Positions 1-8,720 of a stretch of 59,388 bases of DNA are shown piece after piece. Both the position numbers and the translations under genes were made by a program. The stretch is from the IMG/VR virus record IMGVR_UViG_3300014913_000015, positions 1-59,388 of that record. One strand, 5' to 3'. The stretch's first letter is position 1; each line of letters starts with the position of its first letter. The DNA comes from a virus (taxonomy: Duplodnaviria; Caudoviricetes). The notes below the pieces were generated by a model, which was not told the origin of the DNA, made no database searches, and saw nothing but the letters and a program-made list of their open reading frames with translations.

Positions 1-10
1 AGACACATTT

Positions 11-23
11 TATGGTATAATTG
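11..23 (+). promoter_or_regulatory. putative extended -10 promoter (TGnTATAAT) for the structural operon
   Basis: TATGGTATAATTG at 11-23, upstream of the AAGGAG RBS of the first ORF; the same 13-mer recurs at 3560-3572. Confidence 0.55.
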
Positions 24-43
24 AAATAGAAAAAGAGAAGGAG

Positions 44-430
44 TTGATTTTTATGCCTGATCCCAAATATCAAGGATCTGATATCCGTATTGCCCGCCGA
101 ATAGCTCGAAAGCATGGTCCTGATATTGAGAGGCGGAGAATCAGAGCTGAGCAGTTTCTGAGTAAAGTTCGGTCCGCTGCTCGTCGAACTGCCAAAAAGA
201 GAAGCGCTATTCAGGCTGAAATGGAGCAGTTGCGTCGTCAAATAGCTTCTTCCTTTGAAGCTCAGCTTGAAAGAGAACAGCGAGTGCTTTCTGATTGGGC
301 CCAGAGACAGCTTTCTCGGATGCAAGATCGCTTGCTTTCCTCTGTTTCTCCAGAGGACTTCGCTTCTATTGAAAGAGCGCGAAGAAAGTATACAAGTTTT
401 GCTGAACTTATCAAAGATTTGGAAGGGTGA
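44..430 (+). CDS. hypothetical basic/coiled-coil protein
   Basis: 128-aa ORF after an AAGGAG RBS; overlaps the next gene; no recognised motif. Confidence 0.55.
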   Translation: MIFMPDPKYQGSDIRIARRIARKHGPDIERRRIRAEQFLSKVRSAARRTAKKRSAIQAEMEQLRRQIASSFEAQLEREQRVLSDWAQRQLSRMQDRLLSSVSPEDFASIERARRKYTSFAELIKDLEG

Positions 431-618
431 GTACGATGGCAAAAAAGAAGATTGGGGGGCATCCTTTTGAGGTCGAGGATCGTGAGCCTCTGGAAGTGGA
501 TCGCAGGGAAGTAGATGTATCTGATATCATCATTTCAGAACTTCAGCAAATCCCTATTCCTGAAGGTTTTTACATCTTTTCCGTCCTTCCTCGACCGACT
601 GTACTAAAAGACGAATAA
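427..618 (+). CDS. hypothetical protein
   Basis: 63-aa ORF packed between ORF1 and the portal; true start may be ATG at 436. Confidence 0.5.
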   Translation: MSTMAKKKIGGHPFEVEDREPLEVDRREVDVSDIIISELQQIPIPEGFYIFSVLPRPTVLKDE

Positions 619-629
619 AAGGTGAGATC

Positions 630-2456
630 ATGGCAAAATTTAAGACTCCTGCTGGGAAGGAGATAGATGCGAGTTATATTCGCAATTTGTACAATGAGGT
701 AAAAGTTTGGCGGCAGCCTTATTATCAGCGCTGGATCAATTACTACAAGCAGTATCGTAGTTATCGAGAAGAGGCCAATTATCCCTTCCGAAGCTCACTC
801 TTCATCCCCTATACATTTTCACTTGTTGAACACGTTGTTCCTTCCACTCTTTCATCTATTTTTTCTTCTGAACCAGTTATTTCCGTTTCTCCCAGAAAAG
901 GTGCTGTCGCTGAACTTGCTACATTGATTGAAGAAGTTCTTAACTATTTCATTGAGGATAATCGCCTCAAGCTTTATTTTCGCCTTGAGGATTTCTTCAA
1001 AGAAGCTGCTATCTACGGAACAAGTTTTGCTCGTATCCTTCCTTCTTTTACCAAGGAGAATTTCTACAATCCTATTACTGAGGAATTTGCTCCCTTCCTT
1101 GATTATGTCAAGGTAGAGCCTATTGATCTCTTCCGTGTTTATCCTGACTGGCGTGCTTCTGATATTGATGATATGCGCTTCATCATTATTGAGCATGAGA
1201 AGTCTGAAGATGAACTGTATGAACTTGCTGCTCTTGGGTTGATTGAAAAAGGAATAATTGATGAGCTGGCTTCAACGGGTGAAATAGATAGAGCAAAAGC
1301 TGAGCGTTTAGGTGAAGTTGGTTTAAGCCATACTACGACAGGAAGGGAGAGAAAGTTCTTCAAGGTACTTGAGTACTGGGATCGTAATTGTGTGATTTGG
1401 GTTTGTGAGGATAGGATAATCAAGGAAGTAGAGAATGTCCTTGGTGTATTTCCTTTTGTTATGATGCAATATACTCGTGTTCCTCACGAGCTGTATGGTA
1501 TCGGCATTCCTGAAATGATTGCTGATCTTCAGGAGGAATTGAATACTATACGAAATCAGAGAATTGATAATTTGAACCTTATCATCAATCGTATGTTCAT
1601 TGTGAATAAGCTTGCAGATATTGATATGGATTCTCTGGTTTCCTATGCAGGCAACTGTATTTTGACGAACGATGTTGATGCAATCAGACCGTTGGATACA
1701 AGAGATACTGTTCGCAGTTCTTATCTTGAGGAAGATATAATCAAGGCTGATATTGAAGAGACGACTGGAATTACACGTTATACAAGAGGGCTACCACCTA
1801 CTCGTCGTGAACCTGCAACTACTACCATTCGTCTCCAACAGGCGGCTTTTGTCCGTTTTGATGCTATTATGAAGATGATGGAATATGGCGTTATTCGAGA
1901 GATTGCTTCAATCTTTCTCAGCTACATTCGCAAATACCTTCCTCCTGAGAAGTTTGCTGAAATAGTGGGTTACAATGAATTCATTGAACGTGGTGGTCCT
2001 CTCTTCTATATGATTCCTCTTAATGATATCTTAAAGAATTACCACTTCAGACCAGTTGGCTCAGCTATTACTGGAGTACGTGAACTGAGAACACAACAGT
2101 TACTGAATGCCTTTGCGATGTTTGCTAAATTCCCATTCACCAATGTTTATGAATTTGCTAAACTCGTTCTTCGTGAAGGTTTCGGTATTAAGAATATTGA
2201 GCAGCTCCTCCTCCCTCCTCAGTCGGCCGGGGGACCTCCTGGACAACCTCAGCCAGAGGCCCAGCCCACAGAGGCTGGACAACCTCAAGAAATGGTTGGG
2301 GCCCAGGGGCAATCTCCCACTCAGCTTCCCGGTCAGGCTCTTGAACCAGTAGCTCTTGAAGAGCTTGCCACAAGGGGAAGCGAAAACGAGGGTGTAAATA
2401 CAGAGTCTTTGCTTCGTGGATTGGCAGGAATAGTCACTTCAGTTGAGGGGAGGTAA
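630..2456 (+). CDS. portal protein (P22/podovirus-like)
   Basis: 608 aa; motifs RSSLFIPYTFSLVE and YGIGIPEMIADLQEELNTIRNQRIDN; Pro/Gln-rich C-terminal tail; lies before scaffold and capsid. Confidence 0.85.
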   Translation: MAKFKTPAGKEIDASYIRNLYNEVKVWRQPYYQRWINYYKQYRSYREEANYPFRSSLFIPYTFSLVEHVVPSTLSSIFSSEPVISVSPRKGAVAELATLIEEVLNYFIEDNRLKLYFRLEDFFKEAAIYGTSFARILPSFTKENFYNPITEEFAPFLDYVKVEPIDLFRVYPDWRASDIDDMRFIIIEHEKSEDELYELAALGLIEKGIIDELASTGEIDRAKAERLGEVGLSHTTTGRERKFFKVLEYWDRNCVIWVCEDRIIKEVENVLGVFPFVMMQYTRVPHELYGIGIPEMIADLQEELNTIRNQRIDNLNLIINRMFIVNKLADIDMDSLVSYAGNCILTNDVDAIRPLDTRDTVRSSYLEEDIIKADIEETTGITRYTRGLPPTRREPATTTIRLQQAAFVRFDAIMKMMEYGVIREIASIFLSYIRKYLPPEKFAEIVGYNEFIERGGPLFYMIPLNDILKNYHFRPVGSAITGVRELRTQQLLNAFAMFAKFPFTNVYEFAKLVLREGFGIKNIEQLLLPPQSAGGPPGQPQPEAQPTEAGQPQEMVGAQGQSPTQLPGQALEPVALEELATRGSENEGVNTESLLRGLAGIVTSVEGR

Positions 2457-2459
2457 CTG

Positions 2460-3209
2460 ATGCCCGGAGTAAGTCGTTCTTTTGCAGGACCAGTGAGATT
2501 GAGCGATCTTTTGGCATTGGAAGAAATACGAGGAACTATTCCCACTACTGATGAACTGATTGATATAGCTCTTAATTGGGTTACACCTTTTTCTTTGATA
2601 ACTCGTCCTCAGCTTCTTTCTTTTATGTCAAAAGAGTTGATTCCTGCTCTGCAGAAAGCGAGTCGTCCTCCATACTTCATTGATCGTGTAAAAGCTATTT
2701 TGGAAGAATTACCGGAGAAAATTTATGAACCAGTGAGTGAGATTGCAACTCCAGCTTCTTTTCCTGAAAAATATTCTAAACTTTTTGGCAGAAATTTGGA
2801 GGACATTGAATGGAACTTACGTCATCTTCGTAAAGTACGAGGATCAGCAATACGTCCTCTTGGGAAAGTTTCGCCCTTTCTTATTGCACTTAATCCTGAG
2901 TTGATGCGTTCTACGACCCCAGTTCATGAGATGTTGCATTATTGGGCTGCACTTGAACATCTCCCTTTAGGAGTACAAAATCTCCTCTTAGAGACTCATA
3001 TGGATATACCTGCTTCGCAACTTGCATTGCATGAAGCTCTTACTTCAACTGCTTTGTCCTCTCCTAGTGAATATGGAGCAGAATTTATAACACGTTTTCT
3101 TACCGCTTCAACTCCTAGAGAAGAGGCATTTTGGGCGCGACAGATAGAGGAATTACCTCCTGTTTATAGGGATTGGATTAAGGAAATAATAAACAGGATA
3201 TTCAGATAA
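2460..3209 (+). CDS. putative zincin-like metallopeptidase-domain protein
   Basis: HEMLH (HExxH) motif with a downstream acidic EYGAE segment; GGAGGT RBS. Confidence 0.5.
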   Translation: MPGVSRSFAGPVRLSDLLALEEIRGTIPTTDELIDIALNWVTPFSLITRPQLLSFMSKELIPALQKASRPPYFIDRVKAILEELPEKIYEPVSEIATPASFPEKYSKLFGRNLEDIEWNLRHLRKVRGSAIRPLGKVSPFLIALNPELMRSTTPVHEMLHYWAALEHLPLGVQNLLLETHMDIPASQLALHEALTSTALSSPSEYGAEFITRFLTASTPREEAFWARQIEELPPVYRDWIKEIINRIFR

Positions 3210-3228
3210 TTAAAGGGAGGAGGAGAAC

Positions 3229-3555
3229 ATGTATTTTGACGACGATCGTCGCAAGGCAGTAGAAGAACTCTCACGTCAAACTCCGAATGAACAGGTCATC
3301 AGTAAATCCCATGAGGTTATCGATAAAGGTTCTGCTTATGCCAGTTTGAAAGACAATCGTGGCTGGAAGTTTCTCGTAGAAGAATTTATTCAACCTCGCC
3401 TCTCTATCAATCGCTTTCTGACTGCTGATAAAGGAGAACTTCCTTATATTCAACACGAAATGAGAGTTCTCAGTGAGTTGTTGAATTTTGTGGATAATAA
3501 GATTGCGCAGGCTAATGCTGAACAGCGTTTGTTAGAGAAATTGAAAAAATCCTAA
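3229..3555 (+). CDS. small head-module protein (portal-scaffold interval)
   Basis: 108 aa; strong GGAGGAGG RBS; position typical of podovirus head modules. Confidence 0.6.
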   Translation: MYFDDDRRKAVEELSRQTPNEQVISKSHEVIDKGSAYASLKDNRGWKFLVEEFIQPRLSINRFLTADKGELPYIQHEMRVLSELLNFVDNKIAQANAEQRLLEKLKKS

Positions 3556-3572
3556 ATTATATGGTATAATTG
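3541..3572 (+). promoter_or_regulatory. putative sigma70-type promoter upstream of scaffold/capsid
   Basis: TTGAAA (3541-3546), 18-nt spacer, TATAAT (3565-3570) with the TG extension; shares the 13-mer at 11-23. Confidence 0.6.
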
Positions 3573-3625
3573 GATAGAATAGTGGAGGAGATAACTAAAA
3601 TTTTAGACTGAGGAGGGGATCATAT

Positions 3626-4594
3626 ATGGCAAGGAAGAAGCAGGAAAATTTGGAGGAAAAGATAATGGAGTCTGAGCTTGGCCCCACAGCAGATGACATA
3701 ATAAAGCTGTGGAACGAGTCAAGCTCGACTGAGGAAGAAACAGAGGTCGCTGAGGAGGAAAAAGGGATGGAGGAGCCCACGGAGGAGGAGAAACCTCAGG
3801 CAGAAGAGGAGAAAGGGGAATACGAAGAACTCCTTAAGCTTTTGCCTGAGAAGTTCCGGAGTCAGGATCCGAAAGAGGCTCTCAAGCGTTTCGTGGAGTC
3901 TTATCGGGATCTTGAATCACGGCTAACACAGACCTCTATGGAGCTTACGGAAGCAACCAAACTGTTGCGCACACTCGCTGGCGCTTCCTCTGCGCAGCCT
4001 GTACCTGAGTCCCAGCCTCAAAAGGAAGGAGAAGATCTTAACATTAAGTTTGATATTAAACCGGATGAGTATTATCAGAATTTACCAGAAGCAGTTCAGA
4101 AGACTGTGGTTCAGGCAATTAAGCAGGCTGTTCAGCAGTATCGTCCTGATCAGTATGCTGCACTGGCAATGCAACAGGTAGCAGCGCAGATGGCTCTTGC
4201 TCAGTTACGTTCGCGTGATCCTAAAACTTTTGAGCTAGTAAAAGGTGATCTTTTGCAGGTGCTTCGTGAGAAACCTCATCTTGATACCATTGAAGGACTT
4301 GAAATTGCGTACGAGGAAGCGAAGCAGCGATACAAAGCGCGACAGGAGGAGCTTCGTAAGCAGCTCATAGATGAGAACTTTGTCAACTCCCTCAAGGAGG
4401 GAATACTCAGAGAGCTTGCCTCGAAAGTGGGATCTCAGGCAAGGGAAGCCACTGGTGTTCCTCAAGAAGCGACCGGTGGTGGGTCATCTGAGGTTGCCAA
4501 GAAAGAGGCGGAGAAGAAGTCTCCTTCCGAGGTACTCTCTGATATGATCATGTCAGTTGGAGCGAAAGCTCCGCTTCTAACTGAAGACTTTTAA
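3626..4594 (+). CDS. capsid scaffolding protein
   Basis: acidic N-terminus, coiled-coil segment ESYRDLESRLTQ, immediately upstream of the major capsid gene. Confidence 0.75.
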   Translation: MARKKQENLEEKIMESELGPTADDIIKLWNESSSTEEETEVAEEEKGMEEPTEEEKPQAEEEKGEYEELLKLLPEKFRSQDPKEALKRFVESYRDLESRLTQTSMELTEATKLLRTLAGASSAQPVPESQPQKEGEDLNIKFDIKPDEYYQNLPEAVQKTVVQAIKQAVQQYRPDQYAALAMQQVAAQMALAQLRSRDPKTFELVKGDLLQVLREKPHLDTIEGLEIAYEEAKQRYKARQEELRKQLIDENFVNSLKEGILRELASKVGSQAREATGVPQEATGGGSSEVAKKEAEKKSPSEVLSDMIMSVGAKAPLLTEDF

Positions 4595-4632
4595 TTTCTA
4601 AACAATCAAAATTTTTACGGAGGTGAAAGAAA

Positions 4633-5808
4633 GTGGCTACCATTATAAGTGGTGCTGCCGGGACTTTTGACGTTCTGGCTCAGAGGCTTGTTGTGGATAT
4701 GGCTCCTAAGATCTATCTCCTTGAACCGGATTCGGCCCCGCTTACAGTTCTTCTCAATAAGCTTACCAAGGAGAAGGCGGAGAATCCTAAGTACGAGTGG
4801 ATGGAAGATGAGCTGATGCCCAATTGGACCAACATTACCAATAATGCCGGCACTGGTACTACCATCAATCTTGGTGCTTCTGCTGGTGCGACCGGGCATG
4901 CTAAGTACGTGACCAAGTACTCTCTGATTAAAGTGCCTTCCACTGGTGAGGTTATGCTGGTTACGGCTGTTAATGAGTCAACTGGCGCGATCACTGTGAC
5001 CCGTGGTTATGGTACTGATGTATCTTCGGTGGATGGTTCTTCAACTCCTGTGCCTGTGGTCATTATCGGTACCGCGTTTGCTGAGGGTGCTGCTGGTTCT
5101 GAGCTGACCCATCACACCACCAAGCAGACCGGTAATTACAACTATATCCAGATCTTCCGTGAGCCGGTGAAGGTTACCAGAACCGCTGCCCTCACCAATA
5201 TGTATGGTGGCAAGCTGCGGGTCACCGAGCAGGCGAAGAAGGGTATTGAGATTCTGAGGAACATTGAGAACGCTTTCCTCTATGGCGTCCGTTACCTTGA
5301 TACCAGTGGTGAGCGTCGTACTACTGGCGGGGCTCTCTACTTTATCAGCACCAACTCTACCAATATAGGTGGCGTTCTTACTTACACTGCTCTTGAGAAC
5401 TTCCTGCGTTCCGTTTTCAGATATGGACGTCAGAGGAAGTTCCTCATCGCTTCGCCGCTCGTGATGTCTGCTCTCAGCATTATCGCTGAGGCGAGGGGCT
5501 CTGTCCGCTTGGTGCCAAAGGCCACTTCCTACGGTGTGTCTATCCGCCAGTGGAGCTCTCCTCACGGAGACGTAATGCTCCTTAAGGATGTGAACTTGAC
5601 TGGTTCCACCTATGGCGGGTACGGCATTTGCCTTGAGCTTGAGGAGTGCGCTTTCAGGTACATGCAGGATGTGGTCTTGGAGACCAACGTGCAGAATCCT
5701 GCCGACCTGTTCTATCTGGATGTGTACACTGCGATGGTGGGCTTTGAGCTGCACAATGAGCAGAAACACGGAGTGATGTATGGAATTAGTGGTGGTAGTG
5801 GAAGTTAA
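4633..5808 (+). CDS. major capsid protein (SU10/DUF5309-like)
   Basis: 391 aa; motifs PKYEWMEDEL, NYIQIFREPV, IENAFLYG, RRTTGG; GGAGGT RBS; more C/G-ending codons than neighbours; followed by a terminator. Confidence 0.85.
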   Translation: MATIISGAAGTFDVLAQRLVVDMAPKIYLLEPDSAPLTVLLNKLTKEKAENPKYEWMEDELMPNWTNITNNAGTGTTINLGASAGATGHAKYVTKYSLIKVPSTGEVMLVTAVNESTGAITVTRGYGTDVSSVDGSSTPVPVVIIGTAFAEGAAGSELTHHTTKQTGNYNYIQIFREPVKVTRTAALTNMYGGKLRVTEQAKKGIEILRNIENAFLYGVRYLDTSGERRTTGGALYFISTNSTNIGGVLTYTALENFLRSVFRYGRQRKFLIASPLVMSALSIIAEARGSVRLVPKATSYGVSIRQWSSPHGDVMLLKDVNLTGSTYGGYGICLELEECAFRYMQDVVLETNVQNPADLFYLDVYTAMVGFELHNEQKHGVMYGISGGSGS

Positions 5809-5843
5809 TAACTAATGATAATTTGTAGTCTAATTCTAATGTG

Positions 5844-5874
5844 AGGGGAGGGAGTTATTTCCCTCCCCTTTTTT
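5844..5874 (+). terminator. rho-independent terminator after the capsid gene
   Basis: AGGGGAGGGA-gttatt-TCCCTCCCCT stem followed by a T tract. Confidence 0.85.
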
Positions 5875-5882
5875 CTGTAACG

Positions 5883-6500
5883 ATGGTTGATTTGATAGAG
5901 TTGATTGATGGATGTTTATTAGGTGATGGTTGCTTAGCCTTACGGCGGGCTTCAGGATGGCGGAATGCACGATTTGGGTTTGCATCAACACGAAGTTTGA
6001 CATTGTTAAAACAATTACAATCATGGCTGGAGTATTATGGTTTCCGTTATCAAATTCGAGACATTGGAACGGATTATCAGCAGCTTGTTACCGGTTTAGA
6101 TCCATTTTTTACAGCAATGTGGCGACGCTGGTATCGTAATGGAAAAAAAACAATTCCACAAGATGTTCGTCTTACTCCTTTATCACTTTTGCTGTGGTAT
6201 TTAGGAGATGGTACAATTTCAAATGATAAGAGAAAATGGGGAAAATCAGAATTGTACTTAGCTTCCGTATGGCCAGTAGAAGAAGCTAAATTTCTTCAAC
6301 AGAAATTATTAGATGAGCAAGACTTACATTTTGGTTTAGTTCGACGAAAAACTTATCGTCCAGAACATTATAATTTACGTTTGAGTCGTTCCGACTTGTC
6401 AAAGTTCTTTACCATAATTGGTACAAAACCTCCTGCATGGGTACCAGAATTGAGTTATAAATGGGAAGTATTCTATCAAAATCCTAAAAATTTTTGTTAA
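5883..6500 (+). CDS. free-standing LAGLIDADG homing endonuclease (two motifs)
   Basis: LIDGCLLGDG and LLLWYLGDG motifs; ATG 5883 chosen because the ORF-track start (5841) lies inside the terminator. Confidence 0.8.
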   Translation: MVDLIELIDGCLLGDGCLALRRASGWRNARFGFASTRSLTLLKQLQSWLEYYGFRYQIRDIGTDYQQLVTGLDPFFTAMWRRWYRNGKKTIPQDVRLTPLSLLLWYLGDGTISNDKRKWGKSELYLASVWPVEEAKFLQQKLLDEQDLHFGLVRRKTYRPEHYNLRLSRSDLSKFFTIIGTKPPAWVPELSYKWEVFYQNPKNFC

Positions 6501-6530
6501 ACCAAAGACTGAGGAAGGAGGAGATGAGCA

Positions 6531-6986
6531 ATGGCTAACAAAACAAAAAGCTGGACATTTTACAGCAGACACAAGAATTTACAGATCTGGTTACGACAAC
6601 CTGAGGAGACGTATGATTCACGAGGTAAGTTGCGAGTGATTGATCCGGGAATACTCGTTGAATTTGAAGGAGGTCATTACAGCACTACTGATCCAGTAAT
6701 TGCGGAAGGGTTGATGAAGCATCCGGATTTTGGCCGTACCTTTGAATTATTTAAGGGTGAACCAGTTTCTCCAGAAGAGATGAAAGAGAACGCGCTTACT
6801 GCGATTCAGAAATCAATTGAAGCTGGGCCTCCTTCAGGAGATATAATCCCCAAGACAAAAGTAAAGAGAGTATATCGTTGTAAGGAATGTGGAGCAACTT
6901 TTACTTCTGTTTATCATTTGACAAAACACAAGAAGGAAGCTCATCCAGTTATCGCTGAGGAAAAGACTGAGAAGGTAGAAGAATAG
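6531..6986 (+). CDS. protein with C-terminal C2H2 zinc finger
   Basis: CKECGATFTSVYHLTKHKKEAH matches C-x2-C-x3-F-x5-L-x2-H-x4-H; strong AGGAGG RBS. Confidence 0.75.
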   Translation: MANKTKSWTFYSRHKNLQIWLRQPEETYDSRGKLRVIDPGILVEFEGGHYSTTDPVIAEGLMKHPDFGRTFELFKGEPVSPEEMKENALTAIQKSIEAGPPSGDIIPKTKVKRVYRCKECGATFTSVYHLTKHKKEAHPVIAEEKTEKVEE

Positions 6987-6996
6987 TGTTTCCTGA

Positions 6997-7161
6997 CATT
7001 ACTGGATCGAGGGCTTTTTCAATAGGCCGAGTATTTCGTGTAATAAATGTGGATTAAAGTTTTCTTCACTTTCTGATTTGGTTTATCATGTTTGTAACAA
7101 GGAGGTAGATTCAAATGGCCAAGAAGAAATCAAAGAAGAAACTTCCCGCTCAGCAGATTAA
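6997..7161 (+). pseudogene. orphan zinc-finger reading frame without an in-frame start
   Basis: frame reads HYWIEGFFNRPSISCNKCGLKFSSLSDLVYHVC...; preceded by an in-frame TGA at 6994. Confidence 0.4.
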
Positions 7162-7354
7162 AGCTGCTATTAAGAAACGAGGTACAGAAGGTACTTTCAG
7201 GGAGTGGTGTAAGCGACATGGCTTCAGTGGTGGTAATGAAGCCTGCGCCAATTATGCTCTCAGGCAGTATAAAAAAGGTAAGGTATCAGAGAGTATTATG
7301 AAGAAAGCTCGTACTGCTAAAGCGTTGGCTTCTATGAGGAAGAAGAAAAAGTAG
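7115..7354 (+). CDS. small Lys-rich basic protein
   Basis: 79 aa, very basic; AAGGAGGT RBS. Confidence 0.7.
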   Translation: MAKKKSKKKLPAQQIKAAIKKRGTEGTFREWCKRHGFSGGNEACANYALRQYKKGKVSESIMKKARTAKALASMRKKKK

Positions 7355-7366
7355 GAGGTGTGAAAA

Positions 7367-7687
7367 ATGGCCTTTCGGCCTTACAACAGTGGTGTATGGG
7401 AAGGTGGAAATAAGATTGCAACTGTTGATGGTGCTTCAAGTCCTGTCAGTTCCCCTCTTGCAGTAGATACTACTACAATCAAGACTCTTACCGTTCCCAC
7501 TAATGCCGTTTCTTTAGTTATTTCAGGTTCAGTTGCATTGCGGATAAGTGAGGATGATGATATGAATTCCTATTTTGTATTGCCTGCGGATACTCCTCTT
7601 CATCTTGATATAGCTAATGAGGATTATATTTATGTAAGAGGAGATAGTGCTTCAGGTAATTGCTATTTTGTATTTCAGTTGATATAG
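7367..7687 (+). CDS. putative small virion structural protein
   Basis: 106 aa, beta-strand-like composition; AGGAGGT RBS; lies in the head-tail module. Confidence 0.55.
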   Translation: MAFRPYNSGVWEGGNKIATVDGASSPVSSPLAVDTTTIKTLTVPTNAVSLVISGSVALRISEDDDMNSYFVLPADTPLHLDIANEDYIYVRGDSASGNCYFVFQLI

Positions 7688-7701
7688 CTGGGGTGAAGTA
7701 A

Positions 7702-8007
7702 ATGCCGGAATTTGAAAATTATCTCTCTTTTGTTCCACAATGGCCTTATGGAATGGGGTATAGTAAATTATTTGCTCCAAATCAATATTTGGAATCCCCC
7801 TTTTTTTATGAATATCGTGTTCATCGTCCTCCGACATTGCTTTTACCACCTTCTTATTTCTGGATGCCAGTAATGTCAATTCCTGATGTTTTATATCCTT
7901 CGTTTGACCGCTATTTTCCACCGTCTGGGGTTAATCCATTTTTTGATGTTGCTAACCCTCTTTTGATGACAAGGATAAGCTCGGTATTGGAGAAAATGCT
8001 GAGGTGA
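7702..8007 (+). CDS. hypothetical Pro/aromatic-rich protein
   Basis: 101-aa ORF filling the gap in the operon; GGGGTG RBS. Confidence 0.5.
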   Translation: MPEFENYLSFVPQWPYGMGYSKLFAPNQYLESPFFYEYRVHRPPTLLLPPSYFWMPVMSIPDVLYPSFDRYFPPSGVNPFFDVANPLLMTRISSVLEKMLR

Positions 8008-8026
8008 GTGGAGGTGTGGACTAAGT

Positions 8027-8707
8027 ATGAACCTAGGACAAGCAGTACAAGAAGTGCTTCGGTATATTGATTGGAATGGTAGTAATGCTGAAACTTTAGC
8101 TAAATCTTGGGTGAATCGAAGTCGAGAAGACCTAGCCACAAAATTCGACTTTCCATTCCTCTTCACAATAGCTACCGCCACCACTACTTCTTCCAATACC
8201 TATAACTTTCCAGATGATTATCTTGATCATCTCATGATTTTTATTGATGATGAGGATGGTAATCCTATTTTAATCTATGAAATGACTCCCGGTTACTGGG
8301 CTAATCTTGTAAAAGTACCTTCTCCTCTTGACCTTTCGGCAGACACCCCTCCTTACAGAGTTCTTCTTCAAGGCACTCATTTCCGTATCATTCCCGATCC
8401 TCCTTCAGGTCGCACCCTCACTCTTTGGTATTACCGTCGCCCCGAAACTCTTACGGATGATACTGATACTGATTATTTCTTGAATACTTATGGCGAAACA
8501 GTTGTATGGGGTGCTGCTTGGAGAGGAGCAGTTTATCTTGATGATGAACAGAAAATTCCCAAATTCCGTGCTGCTTATGAAGACGGGATAAAGACGATGA
8601 TCGCAAGGGAAAATAGAAAGAAGGCTGATCGAAAGGGAGTTGTGCGCTTCAAGACATGGCGTGATTTTCCGCCTGCTACTATAAGAAGAATCTTTGGAGT
8701 CTTTTGA
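8027..8707 (+). CDS. head-tail adaptor protein
   Basis: 226 aa; motifs YNFPDDY, FRIIPDP, LWYYRRP..L typical of podovirus adaptors; position. Confidence 0.7.
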   Translation: MNLGQAVQEVLRYIDWNGSNAETLAKSWVNRSREDLATKFDFPFLFTIATATTTSSNTYNFPDDYLDHLMIFIDDEDGNPILIYEMTPGYWANLVKVPSPLDLSADTPPYRVLLQGTHFRIIPDPPSGRTLTLWYYRRPETLTDDTDTDYFLNTYGETVVWGAAWRGAVYLDDEQKIPKFRAAYEDGIKTMIARENRKKADRKGVVRFKTWRDFPPATIRRIFGVF

Positions 8708-8720
8708 GAGGTGGTGAGGA

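Noticed and set aside
44-618. Terminase subunits upstream of the portal
   Set aside because: No Walker or nuclease motifs; the terminase probably lies outside the window, which is truncated within the helicase
5041-5769. 242-aa antisense ORF inside the capsid gene, and other antisense or alternate-frame ORFs in the track
   Set aside because: Shadow ORFs explained by codon bias of the real genes; no RBS or recognisable motif
5809-6530. Group I intron around the LAGLIDADG gene
   Set aside because: Flanking genes look complete, a terminator precedes the ORF, and there is no room for an intron core
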